Part shown: piece by piece, positions 18,580 through 28,174 of the stretch
Numbering within the stretch: position 1 is the first letter of the stretch
Layout: each line of letters starts with the position of its first letter
Source: Candidatus Pacearchaeota archaeon
Lineage (GTDB): Archaea; Nanobdellota; Nanobdellia; Pacearchaeales; GW2011-AR1
Direction of reading: 5' to 3'
DNA length: 64,000 nt
NCBI GenBank assembly: GCA_019659125.1
Contig: JAIFVX010000001.1
Coordinates: 15,437 to 79,436, forward strand
Notes under the pieces: generated by a model
The model's input: the letters and a program-made list of their open reading frames with translations, nothing else
Told to the model about the DNA's origin: nothing
Database searches by the model: none
Program-made: the position numbers and the translations under genes

Positions 18580-19185
18580 ATGAACAAGGAGGAATTGTTT
18601 TCCTCTTTGAGAGCCCAGGGATTTTCAGGACCGATTCTTGATGCCTTTACACAAGTTCCGCGAGAGAATTTTGTTCTCCCCGCGTTTAAAGACCTTACAT
18701 ATGAAGACACAGCGCTTCCCCTTGCTGCGGGAGCCACCATTTCACAGCCTTCAACGATAGCATTTATGCTGCAGTTGCTTGACCTGCGCAAAGGGCAAAA
18801 GATATTGGAAATAGGTTCAGGATCCGGATATGTCCTTGCGCTTCTCGAAGAGATTGCTCATGGAAAGATTTATGGCCTAGAGATATCCAGGGAGCTCGCA
18901 GAAAAATCGCGGGAATTGCTGAAAGATAAAAGGAATGTTCATATCCTCCATAAAAATGGGATGAAAGGATTGCTGTCACACGCTCCCTATGACAGGATTC
19001 TCGTCAGCGCAGCCTTCAAGGAAGTTCCTTACTATTTAAAGAGACAGCTTAAGCGAGGAGGAATCCTCGTTGTTCCTGTGAATCACTCCATTATCAAATT
19101 AAGAAAACACATCATAGGAGTAGAAGAGATAGAATACAATGGCTTTTCCTTCGTCTCCTTGATGAATGCTCCTATTGAAGAATAG
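18580..19185 (+). CDS. pcm: Protein-L-isoaspartate O-methyltransferase
   Basis: VPRENF, TISQP, LEIGSGSGY, APYDRILVSAA, GGILVVPV. Confidence 0.95.
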   Translation: MNKEELFSSLRAQGFSGPILDAFTQVPRENFVLPAFKDLTYEDTALPLAAGATISQPSTIAFMLQLLDLRKGQKILEIGSGSGYVLALLEEIAHGKIYGLEISRELAEKSRELLKDKRNVHILHKNGMKGLLSHAPYDRILVSAAFKEVPYYLKRQLKRGGILVVPVNHSIIKLRKHIIGVEEIEYNGFSFVSLMNAPIEE

Positions 19186-21054
19186 CTAGTGCTTGTAAAG
19201 CATTGAAAGATGAGGGATCATGATGTTACTCCAAGTTTCATATTTTTTCTGATGTAATGGATCATCTTCAATTTCTGAAATTTTCATCAGTCTACCTGAT
19301 TCCAATGCAAGGTCTTTACGTTTTATTGCACCCTCAGTATGAGCAGTATAGATAAGTCCAAAATGTACTCGGTCAACAGCAGTGTTACGTGCGAGCAGAG
19401 TACCCACTAACTTAGGTTCGGAGAGAGGACCATCTATTTCCACCTCCTCATCAAGTTCGCGCATCATACTTGAACGAATATAGGGGTGTTTGTCAGTCTT
19501 ATTCACATGGCCTCCGACACCAATGGAATGTTTGCCAAATAACCGCGAATCACCATAGTCTTTGATATTCTTTGCCCGCACATAAGAGAATACACTTTCG
19601 TCTGGCCCAAAAAGAAGAACATACGGAATAGGTTGAAGAAGACTTTCATCATCTTCGCAATCATACCGTGATTGCCAGAATGATTCGTTGTTAAGCATAT
19701 TCAGCAGTCTTTCTTGAGCACGACTATCAATAGGTTCAAAACCTTCAGAGCCTTCGTTCCTTCTGAATTTCCTTAGCTTATCAAGATCCTCGACAAGAAC
19801 GATCCTGTCCAACTTCCTGTAATTCTTAGCCGCAGCTGTGAAGTCAAATTCCTTGAATTGTTTGGCGGTTTTTGGTCCTATCTGTCCCTGGTAGTTGGAG
19901 CCGATTTCACCCCCATAGACTTTGTCGGGAGTCTCATTGGTTCTGTAGAACTTGATGCTCGTCAATGGCTTGCCATCCCGTAATCGCATATTAGTAACTT
20001 CATCAGATCGTATCTCAAAAACCAAGTCTCCTCTAAATCCTGGATCAATGAATCCTGCCAGATCAAGAGGACCCATAATTCCTACATTCGAGAAGCTTTC
20101 TACCTCGGCACTCAAGTGTGCAGGTACCCGAAGTACTCCTTGCGAGGCGAACAATGCATGATCACCATTCCTCATGACAAAGGGAGTGTCTGGCTTTGCA
20201 ACTAGAGGTTCAAAATAATCTTCTGCATTGTAATGTTTTATCTTTTTTAAATCGATGGGGATTGGATTATTCCGAGTTCTAAGGCCAACAACACCCTCAG
20301 TTGCCTCTCCGTGAAGGTCAAGATTTACTCGCAAACCTCCATCAGCAAGAAGAGGACAGCTCTCAGGCGCGGTGAACTGTTTATCTGCATTTCTATAATT
20401 AATAAACGGGTCTTTTTTGAATTCACTGATAAGTTCACCCGTACTTAATTGAGAATCATATCCCTGAAAGAATCGTAATTGATTGAAGCTAAGGCCAGGA
20501 TACACAATAGCATTGAAAGAGAGAGGTTGTAAAAGAAGCCATAGTCTTAAGGCAGTGTTTGAATTCGGATGAGCATGCGCTTCATCCATCGTAGGATTGT
20601 AATCGGTGAACATTCGAGCATTGAAAAAGAGCCTTCCGCTGGTACTTTTGGGTGAGGATTTCATGACCTCTCCCTGATGAAGAATTACTTTTTCCTCCAA
20701 AGGCAAAAGATAGGTATATCTATTTTTTATCTCATATCCATTGGTAATGTCAAATTTCTGTCGTTGTCTCTTTGGGATGCGCAAAAGAGTTCTATAGATT
20801 TCTTCAGTATCTGGACTGAGTAAACCCTGGGTTTCAGTGTCGAGTACATAGATCTCATTACCAACAATAGGATCTATTGAGGCTGGCTGGATTCTTCCCT
20901 CCAATCCCTCATCTTTAAACCATCCTTTGCGCGGACCTTCGTCAACACGACCAAGGTTTGTTCCAACATTGAGAATCTCTCCATTGAGAATTTTTGATCG
21001 AATCTGCTGTGAAACTAGACTATATCCTCGATCTTCATCCATTGTATACAGCAT
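19186..21054 (-). CDS. dcd: dCTP deaminase (two-domain bacterial DCD type) fused to a C-terminal COG4112-type Nudix domain
   Basis: IQPASID, PKSTSGRL, AGFIDPGF, GSNYQGQ; then QPIPYV, SIGVGGHVN, RELDEEV, VHFG. Confidence 0.85.
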   Translation of the reverse strand: MLYTMDEDRGYSLVSQQIRSKILNGEILNVGTNLGRVDEGPRKGWFKDEGLEGRIQPASIDPIVGNEIYVLDTETQGLLSPDTEEIYRTLLRIPKRQRQKFDITNGYEIKNRYTYLLPLEEKVILHQGEVMKSSPKSTSGRLFFNARMFTDYNPTMDEAHAHPNSNTALRLWLLLQPLSFNAIVYPGLSFNQLRFFQGYDSQLSTGELISEFKKDPFINYRNADKQFTAPESCPLLADGGLRVNLDLHGEATEGVVGLRTRNNPIPIDLKKIKHYNAEDYFEPLVAKPDTPFVMRNGDHALFASQGVLRVPAHLSAEVESFSNVGIMGPLDLAGFIDPGFRGDLVFEIRSDEVTNMRLRDGKPLTSIKFYRTNETPDKVYGGEIGSNYQGQIGPKTAKQFKEFDFTAAAKNYRKLDRIVLVEDLDKLRKFRRNEGSEGFEPIDSRAQERLLNMLNNESFWQSRYDCEDDESLLQPIPYVLLFGPDESVFSYVRAKNIKDYGDSRLFGKHSIGVGGHVNKTDKHPYIRSSMMRELDEEVEIDGPLSEPKLVGTLLARNTAVDRVHFGLIYTAHTEGAIKRKDLALESGRLMKISEIEDDPLHQKKYETWSNIMIPHLSMLYKH

Positions 21055-21140
21055 GCTCTAGGTATTTTAAATATGATTATACTTGAATATAGATGAATCA
21101 AACTGAAAGGATTTTTATAGAGGAGAGACAAAAAGAGAGT

Positions 21141-21758
21141 ATGGTGAGAGAGATTCTTGTTGTAAAAAAAGAAACCTTATTTGGAGAAGAGAGTTTCCAA
21201 GGCTTTATCCCTGATTCACAGAGGAATTTCATTGATACTATCCACAACTCATTTGAGTACAAAGAGAGGGATTCTGTAGAGGAAGATACTTCCTTCAGGC
21301 AACCAATTCCCTATGTTTTCATTATCAATAAGAATGATAAGAAAGTGTTTGCTTACCGTAGAGCATCCAAGGGATATAGTGAAAAAAGGCTGAGAAATAA
21401 CTGGTCGTGTGGCTTGGGAGGCCATATCGATAAGAGTGATTCTGAAAACCCCGTCATGACTGCCATGATGCGTGAGCTTGATGAGGAAGTTGTTTCCTCG
21501 CATGCCTTAACACCTACAATCATTGGCTATCTGAATGACGAGACGAATGACGTAGGAAAAGTTCATTTCGGAGTCATAGCTATTGCAGAAACTGAAGGAA
21601 CCGTTGAAAAAGGAAGCGATGAGATGGCTGAAGGGAGATTCATTTCTATTGAAGAGATGGAATCACTACTTTCTGATCCCTCAAGTGAAGTTGAGAACTG
21701 GACGAAGATTGCCTGGCCCTATGTGAAAGAATATATGTTAAATCTTTCTATCGTGTAG
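21141..21758 (+). CDS. COG4112-type Nudix phosphoesterase
   Basis: QPIPYV, EKRL, GLGGHID, MMRELDEEV, VGKVHFG, ENWT; start at ATG 21141. Confidence 0.85.
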   Translation: MVREILVVKKETLFGEESFQGFIPDSQRNFIDTIHNSFEYKERDSVEEDTSFRQPIPYVFIINKNDKKVFAYRRASKGYSEKRLRNNWSCGLGGHIDKSDSENPVMTAMMRELDEEVVSSHALTPTIIGYLNDETNDVGKVHFGVIAIAETEGTVEKGSDEMAEGRFISIEEMESLLSDPSSEVENWTKIAWPYVKEYMLNLSIV

Positions 21759-22169
21759 AACAATCGCTGAATGTCGCGGGATTTTTTCGTCCTGTGCATA
21801 CGCGGCGTGATACCGTACATATTGACTATCAAGTTTCTTTGCTACATGTCCTCGTGCAATAAGCGGAATTCTTGTCCCATTATCGCGGGCAATGCTGATA
21901 GAAGTATAATCGCTCTCAGGCAAATAATCATGAATATGCAATGTCCCTTGATAGCTTACATGATCAAGGCCATCTTGTCGGCAGGCGATTTCACGTAGCC
22001 TAAAAAACTTCTTTATTTTTGTCTCAGGTTTGAAGAGATGCACCTGTGACTTAATATATTTGTTTTTCTCATAATTAAGAGTGCGTTCTAGTTTGTTAGA
22101 AAGATTATCACGATAAAATTTGCGTCCTCGTACAGGTACCTTTGTATGAGCAGGTGTAAGCCATGTCAT
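21738..22169 (-). CDS. Hypothetical basic protein
   Basis: 143-aa ORF with an upstream TATA-like box. Confidence 0.55.
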   Translation of the reverse strand: MTWLTPAHTKVPVRGRKFYRDNLSNKLERTLNYEKNKYIKSQVHLFKPETKIKKFFRLREIACRQDGLDHVSYQGTLHIHDYLPESDYTSISIARDNGTRIPLIARGHVAKKLDSQYVRYHAAYAQDEKIPRHSAIVLHDRKI

Positions 22170-22200
22170 GCCAGAAAGAGAAAATCTCTGTTTATAAGAA

Positions 22201-22398
22201 TTACTGTTCCCGAGGCTCGAATGCCTTCATAGAAAGAATCATTCTGTATCGTTCGGAAGGGTCGATCATCTCAAGTTCTGTAGCCGTAGGGCCATCGAAG
22301 TATGGCTTGTAAGGAATGTCGATGTTCTTTATAGCTTTAGCTACTTCTCTCCTTCTCTGAGATTCAATATCATAGTGTGTCATAAAATGCCTCGCCAT
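22201..22398 (-). CDS. Hypothetical small protein
   Basis: 65-aa ORF filling the gap downstream of nrdJ. Confidence 0.5.
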   Translation of the reverse strand: MARHFMTHYDIESQRRREVAKAIKNIDIPYKPYFDGPTATELEMIDPSERYRMILSMKAFEPREQ

Positions 22399-22425
22399 TA
22401 ACCCTTTATAAACCTTTTTAGAATG

Positions 22426-25284
22426 TTATTCGCCGCAGCCAGATCTCGTTGATTGCTTGCACGAAGTACAATAGATTGAGCAGTTCCCTGTTCTCTTTGC
22501 AGGTCCTCCACAATGTGGACAGGTAAGACCTTCATTACCAAATGCTTCGATAGATGTCTGCTTTTCCTCTTCAAGTGCAGGCTCAAGCGGTTTGATTTCC
22601 AGATCTATCTTACCAGTACTCTGGCCAAAGGTTGCTAACATAAACTGAGAGACATAGTCAACAATCGACGAGGCCGTCCTGATAGGAGTTACATCAGCAT
22701 CAAGCTGTCCTCCACCCGTATTCTTTACAAACCCTGAAGGCTCGAACTTCTGATGCCTGAACTTTCCAAAGAGATCGCTGACAGAAACCCCATATTGAAG
22801 GTTTAATGAGATCGAGGTTGCCCATGCATCCATTAATCCTCGAATGGTTGATCCTTGCTTGTGCATGCTTACGAAAATCTCACCAGGCTTTCCATCGTCA
22901 TATAATCCTACAGTCAAATATCCTTCATGACCTGCAATCTCGAATTTATGAGTGATCGATTTTCTTGTCTGAGGCATCTTCTTTCTCTGGACAACAATCA
23001 CTGACTTGACTTTCTGCTTCACCATCTCTCCATCAGTCTTCTGCGTGTTGAGAGGCTGGCTGCGCTTGCTGTTCTCTCGGTAGATTGCCACAGCCTTCAA
23101 TCCTTGCTCCCAGGAGAAGATATACGCCTCTGCAATCTCATCAACGGTTGAGTTCTCAGGCATGTTAATGGTCTTGCTAATGGCGCCAGAAATGAATGGT
23201 TGGCTTACTCCCATCATCTTGATATGTCCAAAATGATGAATTGATCGCTTCCCTTGTGCTGGCTTGAATGCACAGTCAAAGATAGGAAGATGTTCATCTA
23301 AAAGCTCAGGAGCTCCCTCGATCATGTCGGTCTTGTCAATGTACTCTATGATCTTTTCAATCTGCTGAGAAGTATATCCAAGATTCTGCAACGCAAGCGC
23401 GACACTCTTGTTCACGATCTTAAGCATTCCTCCTCCTGCAAGTACCTTATACTTCACTAATGCAATGTCGGGCTCTATACCAGTAGTATCGCAATCCATC
23501 ATGAATGCAATAGTTCCTGTAGGAGCTAATACAGTCACTTGAGCATTTCGATAGCCATGCTGCTCTCCGAGTTCAAGAGCTTCAGTCCAACAATCCCATG
23601 CCTCATTGACTAAATATCGCAAAGGTGCAGGTGTTTTCTCGACATCAATCTTCTTGACAGCTTCTCGATGCATTTTGATAACATTAATCATAGACTCTTT
23701 ATTCTCTTGATAGCGAGGGAATGCCCCTACAAGCCCTGCAAGCTGTGCTGAGGCCTTGTATGCCTCTCCACACATGATTGCAGTGATTGCCGCCGCTACG
23801 GCCCTGCCTTCATCAGAATCATAGGGCAAGCCAACGCTCATAAGCAATGCACCAAGGTTTGCATATCCTAATCCAAGTGTCCTGAAATCATGCGATCGGC
23901 GTGCAATTTTCTGAGTAGGGTAACTTGCTCCATCAACAAGGATATCCATCGAAATAATGAATTTTCTGACAACCTGCTTGAATCTCTCTGCATCAAACAA
24001 TCCCTCATCCGTTCTGAACTTCATAAGGTTGATAGAAGCAAGATTGCAAGCAGTATCATCGAGGAACATATATTCAGAACAGGGATTAGATGCATTGATT
24101 CTACCACTAGCTTTGCACGTGTGCCATGTGTTGATGACTGTGTCAAACTGCATTCCAGGATCTCCACATAACCATGTTCCCTCGGCAATCTTTCTAAGCA
24201 TTTCACGTGCTTTAAGTGTCTCACAAGCTTGCTTGGTAATGACGAATCGTGTCTGCCACTCTCCATTAGCTTTTACAGCTTTCATGAACTCATCGGAAGC
24301 CCTGACTGACATGTTTGAATTCTGGAAGAAGACGCTAGTGTATGCCTCTCCATTCATTCCTCCTGAATAGCCTGCCTCAATCAAAGCCCAGGCTTTTTTC
24401 TCTTCCTTCTGCTTTGCCTCAATGAATTCCATAATATCAGGATGATCTACATTTAATATTTCCATTTTAGCAGCTCTTCGTGTCTTGCCTCCCGACTTAA
24501 TGACGCCTGCATACGCATCATAGCCTTTCATGAATGCAACAGGACCTGATGAGGGACCGCCTCCCGTTAACTTTTCCTTAGAGCTACGAAGGGTAGATCT
24601 GTTTGTTCCTGTTCCCGATCCTCCCTTGAAGAGCATTGCTTCAGCAACCTGGACCTCAAGGATTGATTCCATATTGTCTTCCATACCTTGGATGAAGCAG
24701 GCAGAGCATTGAGGCCGGTCATCGGCTCGTTGTGTAGGGATGATGCTGTCACTAGCGCTGTCCCACTTATAATGCGCAACACCTCCAGCATTAGGGTCAT
24801 ACTCTTGATTGACCCCAGCATTAAACCATACAGGGGAATTAAAGACACATAACTGGTTGAGGCATATGGCTGCGACCTCATCACGTAAGGTAGCGCTCTG
24901 AGCTTCATCGAAATATCCTTGTTTGATTGCCTGCCGTGCAATAAACCGGGCAACTCGCCCAACAAGCTGCTCAACACTTCCTTCCCTCTCCCCCTTTGTC
25001 TGATTGCCCCAGAAATATTTGCTTGCGACAACCTTGATTGCCAAAGGCGACCAGAATTCAGGTCTTCTTACATTTGGCTGGACGAAAATAAGCTTTCCGC
25101 GGTCATCAGTAACCTTTACCTCTTCAGAAATCCATCGGATGGGATTGCCATAGATATCAAATTCAAATGGACTTTTTCCAGGAGCGCTGAAGAAATGATC
25201 GATGAGCGGAGAGCTTCCCGCAGCAGAAAGTCGTGTTCCCATGGTCCTCTCACCATCATCATATTTCTTGAACTTTGTATCCAT
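22426..25284 (-). CDS. nrdJ: Class II (adenosylcobalamin-dependent) ribonucleotide reductase
   Basis: FNSPVWFN, QCSACFI, SGGKTRRAAKM, SNPCSEY, APTGTIAF, GAISKT, C-terminal TSCPD-like domain and Zn ribbon ending GCGE. Confidence 0.96.
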   Translation of the reverse strand: MDTKFKKYDDGERTMGTRLSAAGSSPLIDHFFSAPGKSPFEFDIYGNPIRWISEEVKVTDDRGKLIFVQPNVRRPEFWSPLAIKVVASKYFWGNQTKGEREGSVEQLVGRVARFIARQAIKQGYFDEAQSATLRDEVAAICLNQLCVFNSPVWFNAGVNQEYDPNAGGVAHYKWDSASDSIIPTQRADDRPQCSACFIQGMEDNMESILEVQVAEAMLFKGGSGTGTNRSTLRSSKEKLTGGGPSSGPVAFMKGYDAYAGVIKSGGKTRRAAKMEILNVDHPDIMEFIEAKQKEEKKAWALIEAGYSGGMNGEAYTSVFFQNSNMSVRASDEFMKAVKANGEWQTRFVITKQACETLKAREMLRKIAEGTWLCGDPGMQFDTVINTWHTCKASGRINASNPCSEYMFLDDTACNLASINLMKFRTDEGLFDAERFKQVVRKFIISMDILVDGASYPTQKIARRSHDFRTLGLGYANLGALLMSVGLPYDSDEGRAVAAAITAIMCGEAYKASAQLAGLVGAFPRYQENKESMINVIKMHREAVKKIDVEKTPAPLRYLVNEAWDCWTEALELGEQHGYRNAQVTVLAPTGTIAFMMDCDTTGIEPDIALVKYKVLAGGGMLKIVNKSVALALQNLGYTSQQIEKIIEYIDKTDMIEGAPELLDEHLPIFDCAFKPAQGKRSIHHFGHIKMMGVSQPFISGAISKTINMPENSTVDEIAEAYIFSWEQGLKAVAIYRENSKRSQPLNTQKTDGEMVKQKVKSVIVVQRKKMPQTRKSITHKFEIAGHEGYLTVGLYDDGKPGEIFVSMHKQGSTIRGLMDAWATSISLNLQYGVSVSDLFGKFRHQKFEPSGFVKNTGGGQLDADVTPIRTASSIVDYVSQFMLATFGQSTGKIDLEIKPLEPALEEEKQTSIEAFGNEGLTCPHCGGPAKRTGNCSIYCTSCKQSTRSGCGE

Positions 25285-25724
25285 TAGCTCTTGAGCTCCT
25301 TAATTTCTTTATTAAAATCAGCAACATCTCTAAAATCTTTGTAAACAGAAGCAAATCGGATGTAGGCAACTTTGTCAATCTTCTTCAACTCTCGAGAGAC
25401 AAGCTCTCCTATGAGGTTGGCATTCACTTCTTTGCCTTTTCTCCGTAGTTTTTCCTCTATAGTGTGTATCATGATGTCAATTGTTTCAGCACTTACAGGA
25501 CGCTTTTCACATGCCCTGAGGATTCCTTTCCGCACCTTTTCACTATCGAAATCCTCGCGCCTCCCATCTTTCTTTATTACTCTCAGCTCAACCTTCTCGA
25601 TTCCTTCATGAGTGTTGAAACGCTGGTGGCATTTCAGGCATTCACGCCTCCTTTTTATCATGCCCTCTGCATCACGCTTGTCTATCACCTTGGTTTCTTG
25701 GTTTTGGCAGTAGGGGCATAACAT
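25284..25724 (-). CDS. nrdR: Transcriptional repressor NrdR
   Basis: CPYC...VIDKR...RRRECLKC Zn ribbon, ATP-cone VIKKDGRRE, VAYIRFASVY. Confidence 0.96.
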   Translation of the reverse strand: MLCPYCQNQETKVIDKRDAEGMIKRRRECLKCHQRFNTHEGIEKVELRVIKKDGRREDFDSEKVRKGILRACEKRPVSAETIDIMIHTIEEKLRRKGKEVNANLIGELVSRELKKIDKVAYIRFASVYKDFRDVADFNKEIKELKS

Positions 25725-25730
25725 TGTGCA

Positions 25731-25746
25731 CCCCAATATCTTGTGT
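25731..25746. promoter_or_regulatory. NrdR box (proximal)
   Basis: CCCCAATATCTTGTGT fits the consensus acaCwAtATaTwGtgt; ends 7 nt from the nrdR ATG. Confidence 0.8.
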
Positions 25747-25761
25747 TTTTTTGCAATCTCA

Positions 25762-25777
25762 GCACAAGTTATTGTGT
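25762..25777. promoter_or_regulatory. NrdR box (distal)
   Basis: GCACAAGTTATTGTGT, 31 bp from the first box, the canonical tandem spacing. Confidence 0.75.
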
Positions 25778-25803
25778 TTTATAAGATCTTGGAGTCACAT
25801 TCA

Positions 25804-25811
25804 TATTTAAA
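25804..25811 (-). promoter_or_regulatory. TATA box for nrdR-nrdJ
   Basis: AGAAACC-TTTAAATA on the minus strand upstream of the NrdR boxes. Confidence 0.55.
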
Positions 25812-25928
25812 GGTTTCTACGAATTTTTTTCTTCCGTCGATAAAAAAGAAAATAGAAATCGTTATGTTTCTGGAGTGATAAAATTGTTTATTCACAACTC
25901 TTATAAACACTCGTTGCTTTATTTCTCT

Positions 25929-26177
25929 ATGGTCCTTAGTGAACTCGCATCACAATTGAATATTCCTCTCTGGACAGTCATTGTTGTGCTTATCTGGGTC
26001 CTTGCATGGAAAGGATTTGCTCTGTGGAAAGCAGGACGAAGGAATCAGCCAGTATGGTTTGTCGCTCTTCTGGTGGTTAATACATTAGGATTGCTTGAAA
26101 TTCTCTATATCTTCCTCTTCTCGGAAATAAAACTGGATGATAAGAAGCAGAGAAGGAAAAATGCATACAAAATTTAA
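25929..26177 (+). CDS. DUF5652-like small membrane protein
   Basis: WKGFALWKAGRRNQPVWF..LLVVNTLGLLEILY. Confidence 0.75.
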   Translation: MVLSELASQLNIPLWTVIVVLIWVLAWKGFALWKAGRRNQPVWFVALLVVNTLGLLEILYIFLFSEIKLDDKKQRRKNAYKI

Positions 26178-26385
26178 GCGACATCAGAAGGTAAAGATCC
26201 TCCACGAACCTGATCCTGAATATATAGAGTATTATTCCGATACAGAAATTCCTATAAAGAAAGGCATGATTGGAAAGATCAATATTCTTTTACCCAATGG
26301 AAGATATCATGTGGAGATAGACAAAGATGGCGAAGTTATCGCCTATGCTCCTTTCAACGAAGAAGATCTAGAGGCTATCGATTAA
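26161..26385 (+). CDS. Small SH3/KOW-like beta-barrel protein
   Basis: FKRHQKVKI...KGMIGKI...YHVEI...FNEEDLE pattern. Confidence 0.6.
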   Translation: MHTKFKRHQKVKILHEPDPEYIEYYSDTEIPIKKGMIGKINILLPNGRYHVEIDKDGEVIAYAPFNEEDLEAID

Positions 26386-26831
26386 TTCTTATTATACTGG
26401 GATATGTAATATTTGTACATTGCACCCATGTTCTCAGGAATTGTTTTTGTAATCTTATATTCGGAAAAGTGATCAGCATTAAGCTTTATATCTTGCTTAT
26501 CTATCTTTATCAAGAAACCCGTTGAAATATCTTGTCTTTCCTTTTCAGTCTTAAATTTACCTACATATTGGCCTAAGAAGGTTCTTTTCTCAGGATCTAT
26601 CTTCAATCCAAGCTCATTCAAAGCAATTCTCTTAAGAGTGTCTTCTATCTCCTCTCCTTTGTACATCCTCAATCCTGGAAGAGCCCATTGATTCTCATAG
26701 GGAGGTATTTTCCTCTTTACTATGATAAATCCTTCACTTCCATATTCAATAAGCAAGTCAAATGTAGGAATCACTGCCCATTCTAAAATCTGCTCAAATA
26801 TCCCTCGTGGTGCGAACTTAATCTCACCCAT
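26382..26831 (-). CDS. Nudix hydrolase
   Basis: WALPGLRMYKGEEIEDTLKRIALNELGL Nudix-like box. Confidence 0.85.
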   Translation of the reverse strand: MGEIKFAPRGIFEQILEWAVIPTFDLLIEYGSEGFIIVKRKIPPYENQWALPGLRMYKGEEIEDTLKRIALNELGLKIDPEKRTFLGQYVGKFKTEKERQDISTGFLIKIDKQDIKLNADHFSEYKITKTIPENMGAMYKYYISQYNKN

Positions 26832-26833
26832 AG

Positions 26834-27544
26834 TTAAGCACTCGCAGAAGCGTTCACTTGTGCGTCAATATCGACGTCGGAATCATGCTTTTCCTTGGCA
26901 ATGAAAGACCACCACGGCTTATGGACTGATATAATGGTGCCTGTCTCTGCATCCACGTCAGCTGCAACAACCATTTTTTTATTGAATATCAAGAATACTC
27001 GTGAATCTTTTTCCGTCCGCACTTCATAGGCGATCCTCGTTTTATTACCATTACCAACTTCTTTTAATTCGATAGTGCAGTTGTCGTTCTCGCACTTTGT
27101 CCGCAATCTTTTCAATGCGGTTGCAGACGCTCGATCAGGCATGATTTTCACGTCGGCCTTTCTTCCATTGGATAGATAGACGCGTAAGATAGATCCAAGA
27201 GTGCCATTGCCAATATCTTCAGTTGTCAGGTTCAAGCCAGTCTTAGCGTTTATTCGACCGGCAATGATTGCCTTTTGTTCGGGAGTCAGATCGCTAATCG
27301 TAATGTTTTTCCCTTCAACACGGATTCTTTTTTCCCTCTCCTTTTCTTTAATTGCTGCCTGTATCCTCTGCTGTCCCTCAAATCTCTGCTCTATTCTTTC
27401 TCGTGCACGCACTTCAGCATTTGTCGTTGTATTTACAGTTCCTTCATCAGTCGTTCGTGCTGTAAGGGTCATTTCAATAGCATAAACACCAGAGATAAAA
27501 CTAATGGCGACAATGACGAGCAAACAGAATGCAATCTTTTTCAT
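26834..27544 (-). CDS. Secreted protein with PepSY-like C-terminal domain
   Basis: Signal peptide MKKIAFCLLVIVAISFISGVYA; AYEV...VDAETGTII...KPWW. Confidence 0.7.
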   Translation of the reverse strand: MKKIAFCLLVIVAISFISGVYAIEMTLTARTTDEGTVNTTTNAEVRARERIEQRFEGQQRIQAAIKEKEREKRIRVEGKNITISDLTPEQKAIIAGRINAKTGLNLTTEDIGNGTLGSILRVYLSNGRKADVKIMPDRASATALKRLRTKCENDNCTIELKEVGNGNKTRIAYEVRTEKDSRVFLIFNKKMVVAADVDAETGTIISVHKPWWSFIAKEKHDSDVDIDAQVNASASA

Positions 27545-27666
27545 TATTTCTAGAACCAAATAATCTATTTAAATTTATTTATTAAGCTTTTTTCGTAGCT
27601 TGCGAACTCTTCGTGATCTTCGTACAGTCTTTCTCATACCTTTCCATAGAAAAATCATATTTAAAT

Positions 27667-27930
27667 CTATCTTTTATCATAGGGTGTTTTAATGGCTTTT
27701 ACAAATTTCCATTTTTTAGTCCATCCATGAGTCTTATACCGAAGAAAGAAATGCCCCCCAATACCCAACACTATCCAAAAGAGAACCCACCATCCAACTG
27801 CTTTAGAACCTTCCCAAAAAAACACACTAAGCGTTAGTATAATAAGTACTGGATATTTTACTAAACGAAACCAGAGAGGTTGCCCATGTATTATGACATA
27901 CTTTTCCTTAAGAAGTGTGTTTTTATCCAT
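27667..27930 (-). CDS. Small membrane protein
   Basis: Two hydrophobic helices; coupled to the upstream gene. Confidence 0.65.
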   Translation of the reverse strand: MDKNTLLKEKYVIIHGQPLWFRLVKYPVLIILTLSVFFWEGSKAVGWWVLFWIVLGIGGHFFLRYKTHGWTKKWKFVKAIKTPYDKR

Positions 27931-28174
27931 AATAGAGTCGTTGGAGGAACAGAATGAACCATAAGCTCCCGAGAACTATATCAATAGCAAAGGAAAGATA
28001 GAAAGAAAGGGTAAGGTAGCAGACAGCAAGCACATACATGCCAAGCGCCGTTATAAGTGATGTCTGCAGAGTTACCGATCCCTTTTTCTTCCGGAAACCG
28101 TCATAAATCTGAGGAATAAGTGCATAGCCAAACAAAACTGTGCATGCAAAGATGACCATATCCTGCCAGATCAT
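27923..28174 (-). CDS. PQ-loop/SemiSWEET-like 3-TM protein
   Basis: ALIPQIY..FRKKKG followed by two TM helices; 83 aa. Confidence 0.65.
   Translation of the reverse strand: MIWQDMVIFACTVLFGYALIPQIYDGFRKKKGSVTLQTSLITALGMYVLAVCYLTLSFYLSFAIDIVLGSLWFILFLQRLYYG

Noticed and set aside
19186-21054. dCTP deaminase as an antiphage dCTP-depletion system
   Set aside because: Defensive dCTP deaminases are zinc-dependent CDA-fold enzymes with a kinase-like domain; this is the dUTPase-fold type in a housekeeping context
22426-25284. Intein in nrdJ (also checked in rpoA and rpoB)
   Set aside because: Catalytic motifs are contiguous, lengths are ordinary or short, and no intein terminal motifs were seen
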